NCBI GenBank assembly: GCA_002774425.1
Contig: PEYJ01000009.1
Span: 3,134-67,133 of the forward strand
Reading direction: 5' to 3'
DNA: 64,000 bases
Source: Parcubacteria group bacterium CG08_land_8_20_14_0_20_48_21
Lineage (GTDB): Bacteria; Patescibacteriota; Patescibacteriia; UBA1544
The notes beneath the pieces are model-generated. The model worked only from the letters and a program-made list of their open reading frames with translations. It did not search any database and was not told the origin of the DNA. Of this stretch, positions 57,959-64,000 are shown one piece after another (position 1 is the stretch's first letter; every line of letters begins with the position of its first letter). Both the position numbers and the translations under genes were made by a program.

Positions 57959-58888
57959 ATGCATGACGCTTCCCCAAAAACGGAATTCTCCGCTTCGGAC
58001 ATTGCCAAGCGTATTTTGCGCACCGTCCTATGGTTTGACCTTTTTCAATATCCTGTTACCTCCTTTGAAATTTGGAAGTGGCTTGTCCCGGAAAACTCGG
58101 GGAACAACGTACACTATACGCTTTTTGAAATACGACGCGAACTTGTGGAAAATCCGCAACTTGTCGCGGTGCTTGTATGCGAACACGGCTGTTATCGCTT
58201 GCGTTCCGCAGACGTTCGCTCAAGCGGACGTTTTGACGCATGGGTTGTTGCAGAGAAGAAGTATCGGAAAGCAAAAAGATTCGTCCGTATTTTTTCGTTG
58301 CTGCCTTTTGTGCAAGGCATCGCTATCTGCAATTCGCTGGGGTATCGGAACGCGCGGGAAAATGATGACATTGATCTCTTTATACTCGCGTCCCCGGGAC
58401 GATTGTGGCTCACGAGATTTTTTGTAACCGGCGTACTCGCGTTGCTGCGCCAGCGGCCTACATCACTCCATGCGAAAAATAAACTTTGTCCGAGTTTTTT
58501 TCTTAGCGGCATACACCTGGATTTGCACGCCTATGCGCTCGCGGATGATTTGTATTTGCGGTACTGGGTGACGCAGCTGACGCCGCTCATCAATCGGCAA
58601 AATATTTTTTCACGTTTTCAAAGTTACAATGCCTGGGCGGAGCCGCCTGTTCCAACTATCGGGGGCGGAGAAAGGTACCATCGGTCACAACGTTTTTTTT
58701 CACTGCTTGAGTATGTATGCAAACGCTGGCAGCTTGGACGTCTTCCGGAGAAACTTCGCTTGATGGCGAAAAATCCGCAGACGCACGTGGTCATAACGGA
58801 CACAATCCTCAAATTTCACGACCAGGATCGCCGCGCCGCGTATCGTGATGCGTGGCATGCGCAGTGCAATGCACATGGTGTAGACTGA
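57959..58888 (+). CDS. Nucleotidyltransferase-fold hypothetical protein
   Basis: PFVQGIAICNSL..DDIDLFI pol-beta-like motif. Confidence 0.6.
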   Translation: MHDASPKTEFSASDIAKRILRTVLWFDLFQYPVTSFEIWKWLVPENSGNNVHYTLFEIRRELVENPQLVAVLVCEHGCYRLRSADVRSSGRFDAWVVAEKKYRKAKRFVRIFSLLPFVQGIAICNSLGYRNARENDDIDLFILASPGRLWLTRFFVTGVLALLRQRPTSLHAKNKLCPSFFLSGIHLDLHAYALADDLYLRYWVTQLTPLINRQNIFSRFQSYNAWAEPPVPTIGGGERYHRSQRFFSLLEYVCKRWQLGRLPEKLRLMAKNPQTHVVITDTILKFHDQDRRAAYRDAWHAQCNAHGVD

Positions 58889-58892
58889 CCCT

Positions 58893-60269
58893 ATGGTAAA
58901 AAAAATGACCATCCTGTTGCGTATGACATACTTCGCCATAGTGCCTCTCCTTTTTTTCCTTCTCCCGCTGCAAACCCGCTGGATTATTGCTCCTATGTTC
59001 ATAGGAGGATTTGAAGTGCCCTACGGAACGCTCTCGCTGGTCGCAACGGAAGTGGTGCTCTGGCTCGCCGTCCTATTGCTGTTCACCCAACACCATCCTT
59101 CCACCATAATCTTACGGAAGTTGCTGCGCGGGTGCAGCGGCATGGTAGTTGCCGCCGCACTCTTGTTTTTTGCCGCTCAAGGATTTTTTGCCGCTGCAAA
59201 GCCGCTTTGGATTGCGGCGCTGCTGCACCTTGTGGAAGGAGCTGCGCTCATTACGCTCACAGCTGCCTATCCGCGTAAGCTACTGCTCGTCTCTGCGTTT
59301 ATCGTGAGCATGCTCGTCCAATCAGGATTTGCGGCGGCACAAACGCTGCAGCAAAGCATACCCGCATCAACGCTGTTGGGTATGGCTGCGCAGGATCCGC
59401 AAACGCTTGGGGTTGCGGTTATTGAAACGCAAACATCGCGCATCCTACGCGCTTACGGAGGCCTGCCACACCCGAATATTTTAGGAGGTTATTTGGCGAT
59501 CGGCATCTTTATCGCACTACTTGCCTATCTGGAAGTACAGCGCCGTATCGCTATGGTGTGGCAACAAGCGTCCGACGACGCACCTGCAGAGTGCGGGATA
59601 CGGGAAAGAAAACTGCTCGCGGCGGACATTTTTTTTATCTCAAGTTTTGTGCTGCTTGCTTTCGCACTTGCGCTGACTTTTTCGCGATCGGCTTGGTTGG
59701 GGCTTGACGCGGGAATCATCGGGGTGGCTATTGGTGCGGCGCGGATGCGCCAAGCATTTCCAAAAATCGCTTTTGCCAAGATGCTCATATGCGTGGGACT
59801 TGGTGCGCTGACTGCCATCGCGTTTTTCCCGGAAGCGTATGTAACGCGGCTTACACGCGGATCGCGCGCCGAAATCCGCTCGCTCGCCGAACGCACGGAG
59901 TTGACCGCTACGGCGTTGCACCGGGTTTCGCAGCATCCCGTGCGGGGTGTTGGCTTGGGCCAGGGTGTTGTTGCGTTTATTCCCGAAACGAATACACTTC
60001 CCGGATGGACCTACCAACCGCCACACAATGTGTTTTTGCTCATATTGCTGGAGTTAGGAATTATGGGAACGACGCTCCTGTGCCTGCTTGCCGCTGTCAT
60101 ACTTCGGTATGTCCGCGTACCTCCATTTGTATTACCCTACCTTGCGCTCATCGGCATGATCGGGCTCTTTGACCACTATCTGTGGAGCCTCTATCCCGGG
60201 GTACTTTTGGCATGCGCCGGTTTGGGCTTGACAATTGTTACAGGCTCGCTATACTATGAGAGCGATTAG
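58893..60269 (+). CDS. O-antigen ligase family protein
   Basis: RAYGGLPHPNILG, TFSRSAW, GVGLG, PHNVFL. Confidence 0.85.
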   Translation: MVKKMTILLRMTYFAIVPLLFFLLPLQTRWIIAPMFIGGFEVPYGTLSLVATEVVLWLAVLLLFTQHHPSTIILRKLLRGCSGMVVAAALLFFAAQGFFAAAKPLWIAALLHLVEGAALITLTAAYPRKLLLVSAFIVSMLVQSGFAAAQTLQQSIPASTLLGMAAQDPQTLGVAVIETQTSRILRAYGGLPHPNILGGYLAIGIFIALLAYLEVQRRIAMVWQQASDDAPAECGIRERKLLAADIFFISSFVLLAFALALTFSRSAWLGLDAGIIGVAIGAARMRQAFPKIAFAKMLICVGLGALTAIAFFPEAYVTRLTRGSRAEIRSLAERTELTATALHRVSQHPVRGVGLGQGVVAFIPETNTLPGWTYQPPHNVFLLILLELGIMGTTLLCLLAAVILRYVRVPPFVLPYLALIGMIGLFDHYLWSLYPGVLLACAGLGLTIVTGSLYYESD

Positions 60270-60292
60270 CACTCTCACAGCATGAGTGCTAA
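60228..60292 (+). promoter_or_regulatory. groESL promoter and CIRCE (HrcA operator)
   Basis: TTGACA-16-TATACT at 60228-60255; TTAGCACTC-N9-GAGTGCTAA at 60266-60292. Confidence 0.92.
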
Positions 60293-60371
60293 TCAAGTCA
60301 TATTTTCTCACTATCGGTTTTTCGCATGAAAAGAGCATTTTCAGGCGTATAAAGCCACCTACAAGCACTAT

Positions 60372-62338
<1,967 letters not shown>

Positions 62339-62351
62339 AAATTGTAGAAAC

Positions 62352-62384
62352 AAAAAAACAACCCCAATCAGGGGTTGTTTTTTT
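62352..62384 (+). terminator. Terminator after groEL
   Basis: AAAAAAACAACCCC-AATCA-GGGGTTGTTTTTTT. Confidence 0.8.
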
Positions 62385-62515
62385 GTAGACATGTGCTAGG
62401 TTGGTACGTTGAGCACATACTGTGTCCAATCTTAATATTTTAACGCATAATGCACAGGAGATTTATTTTTTTTGAATCCCAACTCTTAAAACTATTAGGC
62501 TGACGGACAAAACAC

Positions 62516-62544
62516 TTGACACCCCTTACAAGAAGCGTTATACT
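62516..62544 (+). promoter_or_regulatory. Near-consensus sigma70 promoter upstream of 23S rRNA
   Basis: TTGACA-17-TATACT. Confidence 0.8.
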
Positions 62545-62952
62545 GCGTGAGCTGGTTACAAAACGCCAATTCCATGTGGAAAAGACGTGGAAAACCTGCT
62601 GATCATAAATACAGAGCTTCAAACCCTACGGGGGATACGCTATGCGAACCACTACTTTATCTTCTCCTAAGTCAGGCGGTTAAATCCCCTCGTGTTTTTT
62701 GGACGCGAACCGCTTGCAAGCGGTTTTTTTGACGCTCGTTTTCATGGATTTCAGCATGTAGCTCACAAGCAATGCTTGTTGGCTGCTCCACTGAAAATTC
62801 AGAAACCGGAAATACTGATTGTACGTTGACAACTACATACAACAAGAATCAACACATTGAAAACTATCTAAATAAGAGTTTTCAAATCTAGTCAGAGAGA
62901 TGCAAATCTCTCAGTCGAGCAAGTACGACATACAATTGCAATACGTATGTCA

Positions 62953-64000
<1,048 letters not shown>

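Noticed and set aside
62568-62583. parS-like AATTCCATGTGGAAAA in the rRNA leader
   Set aside because: Several mismatches, isolated, and explained by a local RNA hairpin

Overview
Origin-proximal 64 kb of a bacterial chromosome. The gene content, short small-genome operons, unlinked and expanded 23S rRNA and many single-TM orphan proteins point to Patescibacteria/CPR, probably Parcubacteria (inference). TGA acts as a stop codon. The window holds the dnaA-dnaN / rpmH-rnpA-yidD-yidC origin cluster with oriC (DnaA boxes plus DnaA-trios) between dnaA and dnaN, four parS palindromes, five tRNAs, housekeeping genes (ruvB, queA, guaB, tig, rlmH, PBP1A, lon, trxA, rnhB, nusA, hppA, iscR-iscS-nifU, trmD, khpA, rpsP, rpsO, pnp, dksA-like, lspA, comM, groES-groEL with CIRCE) and the 5' part of a 23S rRNA with no 16S upstream. 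The most notable unexplained signals are non-coding. One is a ~350-nt multi-stem RNA candidate with two potential pseudoknots, its own sigma70 promoter and terminator (~50130-50488), next to a second DnaA-box cluster. The other is a ~310-nt closed multi-hairpin element with GGA/UCCC loops (176-490). Protein-level oddities: tandem DHH/MYG1-like paralogs (one lacking the DHH motif), a YprB-like exonuclease-WYL fusion, a truncated Xer-like recombinase flanked by related inverted repeats, and a homopolymer frameshift in rlmH. All structures were read by eye; no folding or database searches were run.
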